NCBI GenBank assembly: GCA_963731035.1
Contig: CAVSUY010000022.1
Coordinates: 4,887-68,886, forward strand
Direction: 5' to 3'
Length of the DNA stretch: 64,000 bases
Source: an uncultured Gammaproteobacteria bacterium
Lineage (GTDB): Bacteria > Pseudomonadota > Gammaproteobacteria > Arenicellales > JAANXG01
The position numbers were made by a program, and so were the translations under genes. Under the pieces are notes generated by a model that saw only the letters and a list, made by a program, of their open reading frames with translations, made no database searches and was not told where the DNA came from. Positions 8,514-17,110 of this stretch are shown here, one piece after another. Every line of letters begins with the position of its first letter. Within the stretch, counting starts at the first letter, position 1.

Positions 8514-9233
8514 TCAGGTTTCCTTCATCCGAACATACAGCTGGCCCGCAGCGCTGCCGTCGCCGCTCCTCCGGTTGTCAACTTCCAGATACGCCTGATC
8601 ACGTACCAGGTCGCCAAGCTTCTTGTAACCAAAGTTGCGGGAGTCGAACGACGGATCGTTCTTGTTCACGAGGCTTCCAACCGTCCCAAGGTTTGCCCAC
8701 CCATCTTCCTGAGCAGTGGAGGAAATCGCCGAGGTAAGCAGCTCCCGCAGCTTGCTTTCGTCCGCCTTCCCGGGTTTGGTCTTCTTCTCCGACTCTCCGA
8801 GAATTTCGGTGAAGATGAACTTGTCGCACGCCGCCACGAAGGGTTTAGGAGTCTTCTTCTCCCCAAAGCCATAGACAGCCAGCCCGGCCTCGCGCATGCG
8901 TGTTGCAAGGCGAGTGAAATCGCTGTCGGACGAGACCAGACAGACCCCATCTATCTTCCCCCCATGGAGAAGATCCATGGCGTCGATGATCAGCGCCGAG
9001 TCCGTGGCATTCTTTCCGGTCGTGTACCGGAATTGCTGAATCGGTTGGACGGCATGAACATGCAGCACATCCTTCCAGCCATTCAGATTCGGCGTCGTCC
9101 AATCGCCGTACGCTCGTTTCACCGTCGCCGTTCCATACCTGGCGACTTCCCCGAGTATCTCCCCTATTGCCGATGCTTGCGCATTATCCGCGTCAAACAG
9201 TACGGCCAGGTTTGAGGTTTCTGAAGCACTCAT
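8514..9233 (-). CDS. NYN (LabA-like) nuclease domain + OST-HTH/LOTUS domain protein
   Basis: NLAVLFDADN...YGDW...LVSSDSDFTRLATRMREAG is NYN-like. C-terminal GWANLGTVGSLV...FGYKKLGDLV is LOTUS-like. Start taken at MSASETS. Confidence 0.85.
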   Translation of the reverse strand: MSASETSNLAVLFDADNAQASAIGEILGEVARYGTATVKRAYGDWTTPNLNGWKDVLHVHAVQPIQQFRYTTGKNATDSALIIDAMDLLHGGKIDGVCLVSSDSDFTRLATRMREAGLAVYGFGEKKTPKPFVAACDKFIFTEILGESEKKTKPGKADESKLRELLTSAISSTAQEDGWANLGTVGSLVNKNDPSFDSRNFGYKKLGDLVRDQAYLEVDNRRSGDGSAAGQLYVRMKET

Positions 9234-9323
9234 ACGAACGACCTCATGCCGATGGCTTTGATAGCCAGGTGCCTGTTCCTGCGACGGAACATCGTTCTGA
9301 TCCCATTTCCCCGCTGGCAATCT

Positions 9324-9768
9324 TTATTCATTGTGGGTCCCTATCCAAGGGATTGACGGATCTACGCCCAGAAAGGTCTTCGTTTCCGTGAGGCTCTGCT
9401 CTATGAGTCGACGAGATTCCTCGGATGCTTGCGTACCTGGGGAAACAGCCTCTGGAATATTCGCCTTCGCTTCCACCAGCAGTACCCGCCCGTCAGCAGT
9501 GCGACCAAGCGCATCCCACTGCGGCCCGCGATTCGGCCATCGCCAGCGCTCGATTCGGCAAAGTGATGCCAACCCGATCCAGGAAATCCTGATCTCCGTA
9601 CTCCGCATAATCATCCTCGACCAGGGGCGAGACCCATTCGATTTCGCTTGGTCCGAGTCGGCAGGCAGCGGATATCTCTCCGTTCAAGGTGTCCGGATGG
9701 TCGTTCACCGCCGCACGAATCCACCTGAGACTTCCTCTCGCTGTGCTGCTGCCATCAGTGGCTCGCAT
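9324..9768 (-). pseudogene. PD-(D/E)xK-like protein, frameshifted near 9540
   Basis: Frame 1 reads MRATDGSSTARG...DRVGITLPNRALA. Frame 2 reads WPNRGPQWDALGRTADGRVLLVEAKANIPE. Span is 445 nt (3n+1). Confidence 0.65.
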
Positions 9769-9844
9769 CGATCGCTCTCCGAGCAGCCCTATGACGCATG
9801 TCGTCGCTCAGAATCAAATATTAGGAACAAATGCTCTCTGACCC
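9731..9844 (-). repeat. junction module F (core 9817-9844 plus leader and first codons of the 9324-9768 gene)
   Basis: Aligns with module D. Core on the plus strand is aatattaggaacaaatgctctctgacccc. Confidence 0.8.
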
Positions 9845-10018
9845 CGTCCTTCTCTGGGCTTTTCGTTTTCAGCCATCTTGTGACTCCTGAAACGCCTAAA
9901 ACGCCTAGGTTCAGCGGCGTTTGAGGCGACGGCCGCTTTTGCGGTGGCAAAAATGGGCGGCGGCCCAAACGTCCGCTGCAACGATTTGTTGGGCGTCAGA
10001 TCCGCAGGGCTTAGGTTT

Positions 10019-11329
10019 TCATCTGAGTCGCGACGCTGATGGTCGGACTGAACAATCGATAACGCGGGTGGCGATTACATGCGCGGAGTTGTCCGGGTTT
10101 TTGGCCAACGTCTCGATGAATTCGCGTGTTCTTTCTAAGTCGTTTGATTTCGGTTCTGAAAAGTAGCGTCCCGCTTCATCCTTGAACCACATCAGGATGA
10201 AGATACCGTGCGAACATGGGATTGAGTCCATGTAGCGCGGGAGCTGGCGGGTGACTCCCGCTTTCACCTCTTTGTGGTGGGCCAGCTTAAATTCCGCCGC
10301 AACTGACACGAGTTCGGATTTGGTGTTTGTCGTGGAAAAGCGAAAGTCCAACGAGCCAGAGCCCTCGTAACTCTCCCTTATGACGTGAACACCAAATGGT
10401 TCCAAAGCCATTTGCAGAAAAACATGCAGAGTTGGCTGTATTTCTGTCTCGTTCTTGGGAATTCTCGGTATGTCTAGCTTTTCGCCGTCAACATCAATCG
10501 TCCGGGAGCCATCCCAGAAGGGTTCGACCAATCTACGTGTTTCAAAATGATGAACCAACACCTTGTCGATCGCGGATGTCACCAATGACTGCAACTCTGG
10601 TTCATTAGATGGAGGCGAAGAATGCTGAGCTTTGAGAGCTGCGAGGGCAACGGTAACGCTGTCACGGGCATCGCCTAGGTAGTATTCCTCCGTGGCGTTC
10701 TTGAAAGCGGCTGGTGTCGTAACCAAGCTGACAGTCCGGGCTAGAAGACGTTGCTCGGATTTAAGGCCGTGAGTTGTAACTAGAGCTGTGACCTCATCAG
10801 CCGATATGGGTCTGCCATTGTTGAGTCTAAGTTCCTTAATCGCTCGATTTGTTGCGGAAAGGGCGACAAGCTTTTCCGGCATTGGATCAGGGCCCAGGAT
10901 ATCCATACGCTCACGATCCTCATCAGTGATAGGCGTATCGGGTGCACGTATGGTGTCGCCATCAACGCGCACGGGAAAGCACGCCTCCACCGCGACGCAA
11001 GGGTAATGACCCCGGTTATCCAACAAATGGCGCGTCGGTACGAACGCCCTTCCTTTCTCGTCAGCAGCTAGAACGAGATCCTTCGAAGCTTGATATATGG
11101 GATCCTCGTCCTCGCTTCTTACAAGTAGGAAACGAATTCTCGCGTCACCTAGTCGAGTTTGTACCTGGCAGGTGCCCGGTTCAAAGCCTTCCGGAGTGAA
11201 AGGGGCCACAAACCATACGCACGACCCGATACTTGCAGGTTCAGCAGCAGCTACTTCGTCACGAGAGCCCTGAGTGAGATGCATCGACTGAATGTCGAAG
11301 GGAATATCAAAGCGGGACCGTGCCGACAT
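10019..11329 (-). CDS. hypothetical protein with C-terminal PD-(D/E)xK nuclease-like motifs
   Basis: 436-aa ORF with lower GC. Motif series ETEIQPTL ... GSLDF ... AAEFKL ... QLPRYM (E, D, ExK, QxxxY). N-terminal region unassigned. Confidence 0.75.
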   Translation of the reverse strand: MSARSRFDIPFDIQSMHLTQGSRDEVAAAEPASIGSCVWFVAPFTPEGFEPGTCQVQTRLGDARIRFLLVRSEDEDPIYQASKDLVLAADEKGRAFVPTRHLLDNRGHYPCVAVEACFPVRVDGDTIRAPDTPITDEDRERMDILGPDPMPEKLVALSATNRAIKELRLNNGRPISADEVTALVTTHGLKSEQRLLARTVSLVTTPAAFKNATEEYYLGDARDSVTVALAALKAQHSSPPSNEPELQSLVTSAIDKVLVHHFETRRLVEPFWDGSRTIDVDGEKLDIPRIPKNETEIQPTLHVFLQMALEPFGVHVIRESYEGSGSLDFRFSTTNTKSELVSVAAEFKLAHHKEVKAGVTRQLPRYMDSIPCSHGIFILMWFKDEAGRYFSEPKSNDLERTREFIETLAKNPDNSAHVIATRVIDCSVRPSASRLR

Positions 11330-11435
11330 CGCTACGCGCTCACTTCATTGACTCGGGGTCGGGCCGACGTCCAAGGATACCGATGAGTCACGCTTGAGGG
11401 CGACCGAGCGGAGCGGCAGCGAAGGGAGCGAGCGG

Positions 11436-11795
11436 TCAAGCGTCGGACTCCATCGCCCTTGTTGGGTTTCCACTGCTTCTTTCATCAAAGAGCGCCTGGA
11501 TCTCTGAAAAGGCAGACAATGCATTAATTGATCGCCGAAGAAATCTCTCCGCCTCTTCGTAATTCTGTGTCCGTATCTTATCGGAGGCTTCGCGCAGATT
11601 GTCCCTAACCGTATTAGCCCAAATAGCGTACCTACTAAAAGTGGCTCCACCCTCATCAGCCTGATTCAGGGCTGCACGGGCTAAACGAGGAAAGAGCGGA
11701 TCCACGCCGCCATCCGGAAATACTGTCGACACAACGATCTCTTCATCCGTGTCGTGTCGATCTAGGATTTCTTGTATTTGATTCTCTACATCCAT
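11436..11795 (-). CDS. hypothetical 119-aa protein upstream of the nuclease-like gene
   Basis: ATG-started ORF, same strand and lower GC. No family recognised. Confidence 0.55.
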   Translation of the reverse strand: MDVENQIQEILDRHDTDEEIVVSTVFPDGGVDPLFPRLARAALNQADEGGATFSRYAIWANTVRDNLREASDKIRTQNYEEAERFLRRSINALSAFSEIQALFDERSSGNPTRAMESDA

Positions 11796-11970
11796 AGCTC
11801 TCAGGAGACCCAGCAGTGAATTGGGCAGAGTTCGTAGATCCCGTAATAGGCAGAGTTCCTGACTCGGGTGCTAGCGAGATTCCGAGCGGGTCCGGTCGCG
11901 GCGCGGGTGCTGCGGGTCGTGGTTCGTGATCGAATGGAGAGGTCCTTGCGGTGTCAAGCTGTCCTCTGTG

Positions 11971-13098
11971 TTACGGGGCGATGAAATGTTTGCTGAGCTT
12001 CAGGCCTTGGCTTTGGTAGCTGGATTTCAGGTCCTGGCCGTAGACTTTGTGTGGGGGTTCGGCCAGGGGTTCGTAGATTAGGCGGCCTACTATTTGGCCG
12101 TGTTCTATTACGAAGGGGACTTCGAAGGATCTGACTTCGAGGACGGCTCTGGAGCCTTCGCCGCCGGCGGCGGCGTCGCCGAAGCCGGGGTCGAAGAAGC
12201 CGGCGTAGTGGACTCGGAATTCGCCGACGAGGGTGTCGTAGGCGATCATTTCGGCGGCGTAGTGGGTGGGGACGCGGACGGCTTCCTTGCTGGCGAGGAT
12301 GTAGAACTCGCCGGGGTCGAGGATGAGGCTGGGGCCGTTGCTGCGGTGGATGGGCTCCCAGAAGTCCTCGGCCTGGTAGTGGTTCTTCTTGTCCATGTCG
12401 ATGAGGCCGGCGTGGGACTTGGCGCGGTAGCCGATGAGGCCGGTATGCGGGTCGCCGGCGACGTCGACGGTGATGGGGACGCCGTTCTTGATGTCTTCCT
12501 GGGTCAGCTCGGCGTCGACGATCTTGAGCTCTTCCTGCAGTCGGATGTGCTCGGCGTCGGAGCGGGTGGCGATGCCGCGGCGCACGCGGAGCTGGTTGAG
12601 GCGCGAGCCGGCGCGGACCAGCACGCTGAAGGTGCGCGGGGCGATCTCGGCGTACAGGGGGCCGGCGTAGCCGGGCTTGACCTGGTCGAACTCGACGCCA
12701 TGGTCGGTGATGAGCCGGGTGAAGACGTCGAGGCGGCCGGTGGAGCTTTTCGGGTTGCCGATGGCGCTGTGGTCCGGGGGCAGGTTGACCGATTCCATGA
12801 GGGGCACGATGTAGACGCAGTCGCGCTCCAGCACGGCGCCGTTGGTGAGGTCGAACTCGTGCATGGTGAGGGCCTTGATCCGGTCCTGCACGGTGTTGTG
12901 CTTGCCCGGGAGGAAGCTGGCGCGGACGCGGTAGGCTTTGTGGCCGAGGCGCAGGTCCAGGCTGGCGGGTTGGATCTGGTCGTCGGCGATGGGGTCGGTG
13001 GCTTTGAGGGCGCCGGTGTGGATCAGGGCGACGATGGATTGGGACGGGAGGACGCCTTTGGGTTGGGGGTCCATTTTGGGGGCTGGGTGGTCCGTCAT
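11971..13098 (-). CDS. dcd: 2'-deoxycytidine 5'-triphosphate deaminase (long DCD family)
   Basis: 375 aa. IQPASLDLRLG... and the overall length match the long proteobacterial dCTP deaminase family. Several Arg/Pro-rich shadow ORFs overlap it. Confidence 0.8.
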   Translation of the reverse strand: MTDHPAPKMDPQPKGVLPSQSIVALIHTGALKATDPIADDQIQPASLDLRLGHKAYRVRASFLPGKHNTVQDRIKALTMHEFDLTNGAVLERDCVYIVPLMESVNLPPDHSAIGNPKSSTGRLDVFTRLITDHGVEFDQVKPGYAGPLYAEIAPRTFSVLVRAGSRLNQLRVRRGIATRSDAEHIRLQEELKIVDAELTQEDIKNGVPITVDVAGDPHTGLIGYRAKSHAGLIDMDKKNHYQAEDFWEPIHRSNGPSLILDPGEFYILASKEAVRVPTHYAAEMIAYDTLVGEFRVHYAGFFDPGFGDAAAGGEGSRAVLEVRSFEVPFVIEHGQIVGRLIYEPLAEPPHKVYGQDLKSSYQSQGLKLSKHFIAP

Positions 13099-13143
13099 TG
13101 GTGGGCGTGGGGTGTGTTGGCTGTGGTGCCTGGGTTTTGAGTT

Positions 13144-13167
13144 GATCGCGACTGAAGTCGCTCCTAC
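13144..13167. repeat. REP family 2 unit (gatcgcgactgaagtcgctcctac)
   Basis: Same GC-rich hairpin unit as at 23.1, 23.9, 27.0 and 40.9 kb. Confidence 0.8.
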
Positions 13168-13182
13168 GGGGGGCTTCGTTCA

Positions 13183-13461
13183 TCAGGCGGCGAGGTCTAT
13201 GAGCTCGTTTCTTATGTGGCCGTGTTTTTGTTTGACCAGATCCAGGACTTCGGGGGAGCCCTCGAGCTCGTAGCTGAGGTTGTGGATGTCGGTGCCCTTA
13301 ATCAGGATGCGCAGGGGATTGTGGCAGTCGGGGATCTGGACGTCGGCGAACTTCTGCTTGACCTGGCGGGCGGCTCTCAGGAGCACTGCTTTTTGGACGC
13401 TGTCGCCTATGAAGCAGGGGTCGAGCTTGCGGCCGGCCAGTTCGTAGTGGATTTCCAGCAT
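13183..13461 (-). CDS. hypothetical 92-aa protein between nrdJb and dcd
   Basis: Start at MLEIHYELAGRK. No family recognised. Confidence 0.5.
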   Translation of the reverse strand: MLEIHYELAGRKLDPCFIGDSVQKAVLLRAARQVKQKFADVQIPDCHNPLRILIKGTDIHNLSYELEGSPEVLDLVKQKHGHIRNELIDLAA

Positions 13462-13614
13462 TGGCGTTTCAGTTCTGTGTTGGTTGGTATCGCATAGAGA
13501 TAAAAATGCTCCCTCCCCCATGCGTCGAGGGAGGGAGTACTGCTAGGTCCATCCTTGGACGAGGAGGAACGGGGTTCCCCTGCCAATCTTTCTTGGGCAA
13601 TTCTGTCGGTTCCG

Positions 13615-14391
13615 TCAGCCGCACTTGGATTCGCCGCAGTTGAGGCAGGTGAGGCAGCCGTCGAGTTGGACCATGGCCTTGGTGTGGCACTTGGTGCACA
13701 GGGTGGCGCCGCTGGGGAACTCGGCGTCGCCCTCCTCGTCGTCGGCCTCTTCCTCGGCCTCTTTTAGGGCCTTTTTGTGGGCTTCTCCCCGGGCGCCCGT
13801 GGCCCGCTCGTACTTGGTGCGGGCTTCCTCGACGTGCGTCTGCTGGTTCTCGTCCAGGCTCGGCTTTTCGAGGAGGCCGATGCTGATCAAGTGCTGCTCG
13901 ATGACGGTGCCGAGCTCGGCCACCAGGGACGGCATGTAGCGGCCGCCTTTCTTGAAGTAGCCGCCGCGCGGGTCGAAGACCGAGTGCAGCTCTTCCACCA
14001 GGAAGGTGACGTCGCCGCCCTTGCGGAATACCGCCGACATGATGCGCGTGAGGGCGACGATCCACTGGAAGTGGTCCATGTTCTTGGAGTTGATGAAGAC
14101 CTCGAAGGGACGGCGCAGCTCGTGCTCGGTGCCCTCGTTGAGGACGATGTCGTTGATGGTGACGTACATCGCGTGCTCGGACTGCGGGGTCTTGATCTTG
14201 TAGGTGGAGCCGCGCAGCACCGGCGGGCGCGCCACCTGCTCGTGCATCTGCACGACTTCGGCACGCTCGGGGTCGCGCTTGGGCTCGGCGGCCGGTTTGG
14301 GCGCAGCCTCGGGCTCCGCCTGCCGGGCTTCCGGGGGTTCGTTCTGCAGGACTTTGTAGTCCACGATGGGTTTTTCGATTTTGATGGCCAT
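13615..14391 (-). CDS. nrdJb: class II (B12-dependent) ribonucleotide reductase, small C-terminal polypeptide
   Basis: TSCPD-like region (YVTINDIVLNEG...PFEVFINSKN) and a C-terminal Cys cluster CTKCH...CLTCLNCGESKCG. Sits 16 nt downstream of nrdJa. Confidence 0.85.
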   Translation of the reverse strand: MAIKIEKPIVDYKVLQNEPPEARQAEPEAAPKPAAEPKRDPERAEVVQMHEQVARPPVLRGSTYKIKTPQSEHAMYVTINDIVLNEGTEHELRRPFEVFINSKNMDHFQWIVALTRIMSAVFRKGGDVTFLVEELHSVFDPRGGYFKKGGRYMPSLVAELGTVIEQHLISIGLLEKPSLDENQQTHVEEARTKYERATGARGEAHKKALKEAEEEADDEEGDAEFPSGATLCTKCHTKAMVQLDGCLTCLNCGESKCG

Positions 14392-14407
14392 GTCTTGTCT
14401 CTAAACT

Positions 14408-16561
14408 TTAAAACTTGCCGTAGTAGCCTTCTTTCAAGGCTTCGAACAGGTTGGCAGCGGTGTGGGTCTCGCCGTCGTACTCGATTTCCTCGTTGCCGCG
14501 GGCGCTGACCGTGGTGCCGTCCTTGAGGGTGAACTCGTAGACGGTGTTCTCGAGGTCCTTGTCCTTGACCAGCACGCCCTGGAACGCTTCCGGGTTGAAT
14601 CGGAAGGTGGTGCAGCCTTTGAGGCCGCTTTCGTAGGCGTACAGGTAGATATCCTTGAAGTCCTCGAAGGGATAGTCGGTCGGCACGTTGGCGGTCTTGG
14701 AGATCGACGAGTCGATCCACTTCTGGGCCGCGGCCTGGATGTCCACGTGCTGCTTGGGGCTGATGTCGTCGGCGGTGATGAAATAGTCCGGCAGGCGCTT
14801 GTCCGGGTCGTCCGAGAACGGCTCGGCCTTGCCGTTGATGTGATGCTTGTAGGCCAGCATCTCCATGGAGTGAACGGTCACCTTCTCCTTGGATTTGCGG
14901 CCCTCGCGGATGACGTTGCGCGAGTACTGGTGCGCGAAGCTCGGCTCGATGCCGTTGCTGGCGTTGTTGGCCAGCGACAGCGAGATGGTGCCGGTGGGCG
15001 CGATGGAGCTGTGGTGGGTGAAGCGTGCGCCGGCCTCGGCGATCTCGCTCACCAGGTCCGGATCGGCCTCGGCGAGCTGGCGCATGTAGCGGCTGTACTT
15101 CGCGATCAGCACCCTGCCCTTCACGGTGTCGCCGGCCTGGTAGCCGTCGCTCTCCAGTTCCGGGCGCTTGCGCAGCATCTCCGCGGTGATGGTGAAGTCA
15201 TCGTCCATGATGGGCGCCGGTCCTTTTTCCCGGGCCAGGGCGACCCCCTCACGCCAGCCCGCGAGGGCCATCTCGCGGGTCACGCGCTCGGTGAACTCGA
15301 GCGAATCGGATTCACCGTACTTCATGCGCAGCATGGTGAGGGTCGAGCCCAGGCCGAGATAACCCATGCCGTGCCGGCGCTTGTACTCGATCTCGTGGCG
15401 TTGCTGCCCGAGCGGCAAGCCGTTGATCTCGACCACGTTGTCCAGCATCCGGGTAAACACGCTGACGACGTCTCGGAATTCATCCCAGTCGAAGCGCGCA
15501 TCGTCCGTAAACGGATCGCGCACGAACTTGGTGAGGTTTACCGAACCCAGAAGGCATGAGCCATACTCCGGAAGAGGCTGCTCTCCGCAGGGATTGGTCG
15601 CACGGATGTTCTCGCAGAACCAGTTGTTGTTCATCTCGTTGACGCGGTCGATCAGGACGAAGCCCGGCTCGGCGTAGTCGTAGGTCGACGCCATGATCAT
15701 GTCCCACAGGCGGCGGGCCTTGATGGGCTTGTAGACCCGGCACGCCACCAGTCCCTCGTCGTTGCTCACGTAGCCGCGCCTGGTGGGCCACTCTCGCCAA
15801 ACGATGTCCTCGGCCTGCATGGCCTCGGGGTTATCCCGCAATTCCTTCTCGTCGACCGGGAAGATCAGCTTCCACATGCGGTCGTGCTTGACCGCCTCCA
15901 TGAAGTCGCGGCTGATCAGCAGCGACAGATTGAACTGGCGCAGGCGGCCGTTCTCGCGCTTGGCGCGCACGAAGTCCTTCACGTCCGGATGGGCAACGTC
16001 GAAGGTGGCCATCTGCGCGCCGCGCCGGCCGCCGGCGGAGGACACGGTGAAGCACATCTTGTCGTAGATATCCATGAACGAAAGCGGGCCGGAGGTGTGG
16101 GCACCGGCGCCGGAGACGTAGGCGCCCCTGGGGCGCAGGGTCGAGAACTCGTAGCCGATGCCGCAGCCGGCCTTGAGCGTCAGTCCTGCCTCGTGGACCC
16201 GCTGCAGGATGCCGTCCATCGAGTCCTGCACCGTGCCGGACACGGTGCAGTTGATGGTGGAGGTGGCGGGCTTGTGGTCCCAGGCGCCGGCGTTGGAAAC
16301 GATGCGGCCGGCCGGGATAGCGCCGCGGCGCAGGGCCCAGGTGAAGCGCTCGTACCAGTGCTCCTTCTTTGTCTCGTCCGACTCCACGTCGGCGAGGGCC
16401 CGGGCGACGCGCTTGTAGGTGCCGTCGAGGTCCTCGTCGATGGGGTGCCCGGACTTGCTCTTCAGGCGATACTTCTTGTCCCAGATGTCCAGCGACGCTT
16501 CCTGGAGGGGAAGATCTTTCTTCGACTCTTTGTCGGCCGCCGGTAACTGTACGCTGCTCAT
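14408..16561 (-). CDS. nrdJa: class II ribonucleotide reductase, large polypeptide
   Basis: 717 aa. SNAGAW...TINCTVS, NPCGEQPLP and APTGTISL are RNR catalytic motifs. Confidence 0.95.
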   Translation of the reverse strand: MSSVQLPAADKESKKDLPLQEASLDIWDKKYRLKSKSGHPIDEDLDGTYKRVARALADVESDETKKEHWYERFTWALRRGAIPAGRIVSNAGAWDHKPATSTINCTVSGTVQDSMDGILQRVHEAGLTLKAGCGIGYEFSTLRPRGAYVSGAGAHTSGPLSFMDIYDKMCFTVSSAGGRRGAQMATFDVAHPDVKDFVRAKRENGRLRQFNLSLLISRDFMEAVKHDRMWKLIFPVDEKELRDNPEAMQAEDIVWREWPTRRGYVSNDEGLVACRVYKPIKARRLWDMIMASTYDYAEPGFVLIDRVNEMNNNWFCENIRATNPCGEQPLPEYGSCLLGSVNLTKFVRDPFTDDARFDWDEFRDVVSVFTRMLDNVVEINGLPLGQQRHEIEYKRRHGMGYLGLGSTLTMLRMKYGESDSLEFTERVTREMALAGWREGVALAREKGPAPIMDDDFTITAEMLRKRPELESDGYQAGDTVKGRVLIAKYSRYMRQLAEADPDLVSEIAEAGARFTHHSSIAPTGTISLSLANNASNGIEPSFAHQYSRNVIREGRKSKEKVTVHSMEMLAYKHHINGKAEPFSDDPDKRLPDYFITADDISPKQHVDIQAAAQKWIDSSISKTANVPTDYPFEDFKDIYLYAYESGLKGCTTFRFNPEAFQGVLVKDKDLENTVYEFTLKDGTTVSARGNEEIEYDGETHTAANLFEALKEGYYGKF

Positions 16562-16702
16562 GTGATTCGGTCTCTCCGTATGCTGCTTTTGTCTGTTTTT
16601 TCAACGTGTTGCAGAGGAACGGAGTGCAGCCTTGGCCGGCGACTCGAGCGTTGCGACCTGTCTGCCACCCTTCCCCACTTCGGGCCGCGGCCCCTGGTTG
16701 AA

Positions 16703-16751
16703 CCCACAACATATTGGGGTTTCATGCGACTCAAATCATAAGATAATGGGA
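16703..16751 (-). promoter_or_regulatory. putative tandem NrdR boxes
   Basis: cccacaacatattgggg matches 12/16 to acaCwAtATaTwGtgt. A weaker box, tcataagataatggga, lies ~32 bp centre-to-centre. Located 140-190 nt upstream of nrdJa. Confidence 0.4.
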
Positions 16752-16867
16752 TTTTGGGGTGGATGCAAGGGCCATTTGTCGGGCTGGTGGAGGGCTTCGA
16801 CAGCGCTCCGGGGTGGCGGAATATTTTCTTGTGAAATCAAGGGGTTGTTGGTGTCATTTGCCGTTGT

Positions 16868-16939
16868 TCACCCCCTCACCCTGACTCCCTCCCTGGAGGG
16901 GAGAGGGATTGGCTCCCGGCTCCCCTTCGAGGGGGTGAC
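16868..16939. repeat. G/C-rich hairpin repeat (family 3)
   Basis: TCACCCCCTC ... GAGGGGGTGA flanks ctccctccctggaggggagaggg. Related to 18369-18470 and 57063-57088. Confidence 0.7.
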
Positions 16940-17110
16940 GCCATGGCTCGATCCCCCAACCTTGAAAACCACTACTTCACCCCGCACTCCAGACGTTCAG
17001 CCCATCGCGTCACCGGCCGGACCCACCGACGCCGCACGGGGCTGTCGTATTACCTGCTCACCCTTGGATATGCGGGCGACGTATGCTCGTCCGGCGGAAT
17101 AAGAACCAAC

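Noticed and set aside
7091-8737. 548-aa ORF read as a single HNH protein
   Set aside because: After residue ~215 it becomes Arg/Pro/Ala junk. The HNH homology continues in the other two frames, so the locus is a frameshifted gene from 7181 to 8493.
761-9844. Integron attC array hypothesis for the repeated junction core
   Set aside because: No RYYYAAC/GTTRRRY core pair. The stems are only 8 bp with a large conserved loop, and no intI is in the window. Kept as an unclassified junction repeat instead.
11954-13183. 409-aa Arg/Pro-rich ORF (-) and 348-aa ORF 12094-13140 (+) overlapping dcd
   Set aside because: Low-complexity RPRRP/GAG-type composition typical of out-of-frame or antisense shadows in high-GC DNA. 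The in-frame 375-aa dCTP deaminase explains the locus.
16562-16700. Cobalamin riboswitch in the nrdJa leader
   Set aside because: There is a GGGAAGGGTGGCAG...CGCAAC stretch but no convincing B12 box, and B12 repression of a B12-dependent RNR is not expected.
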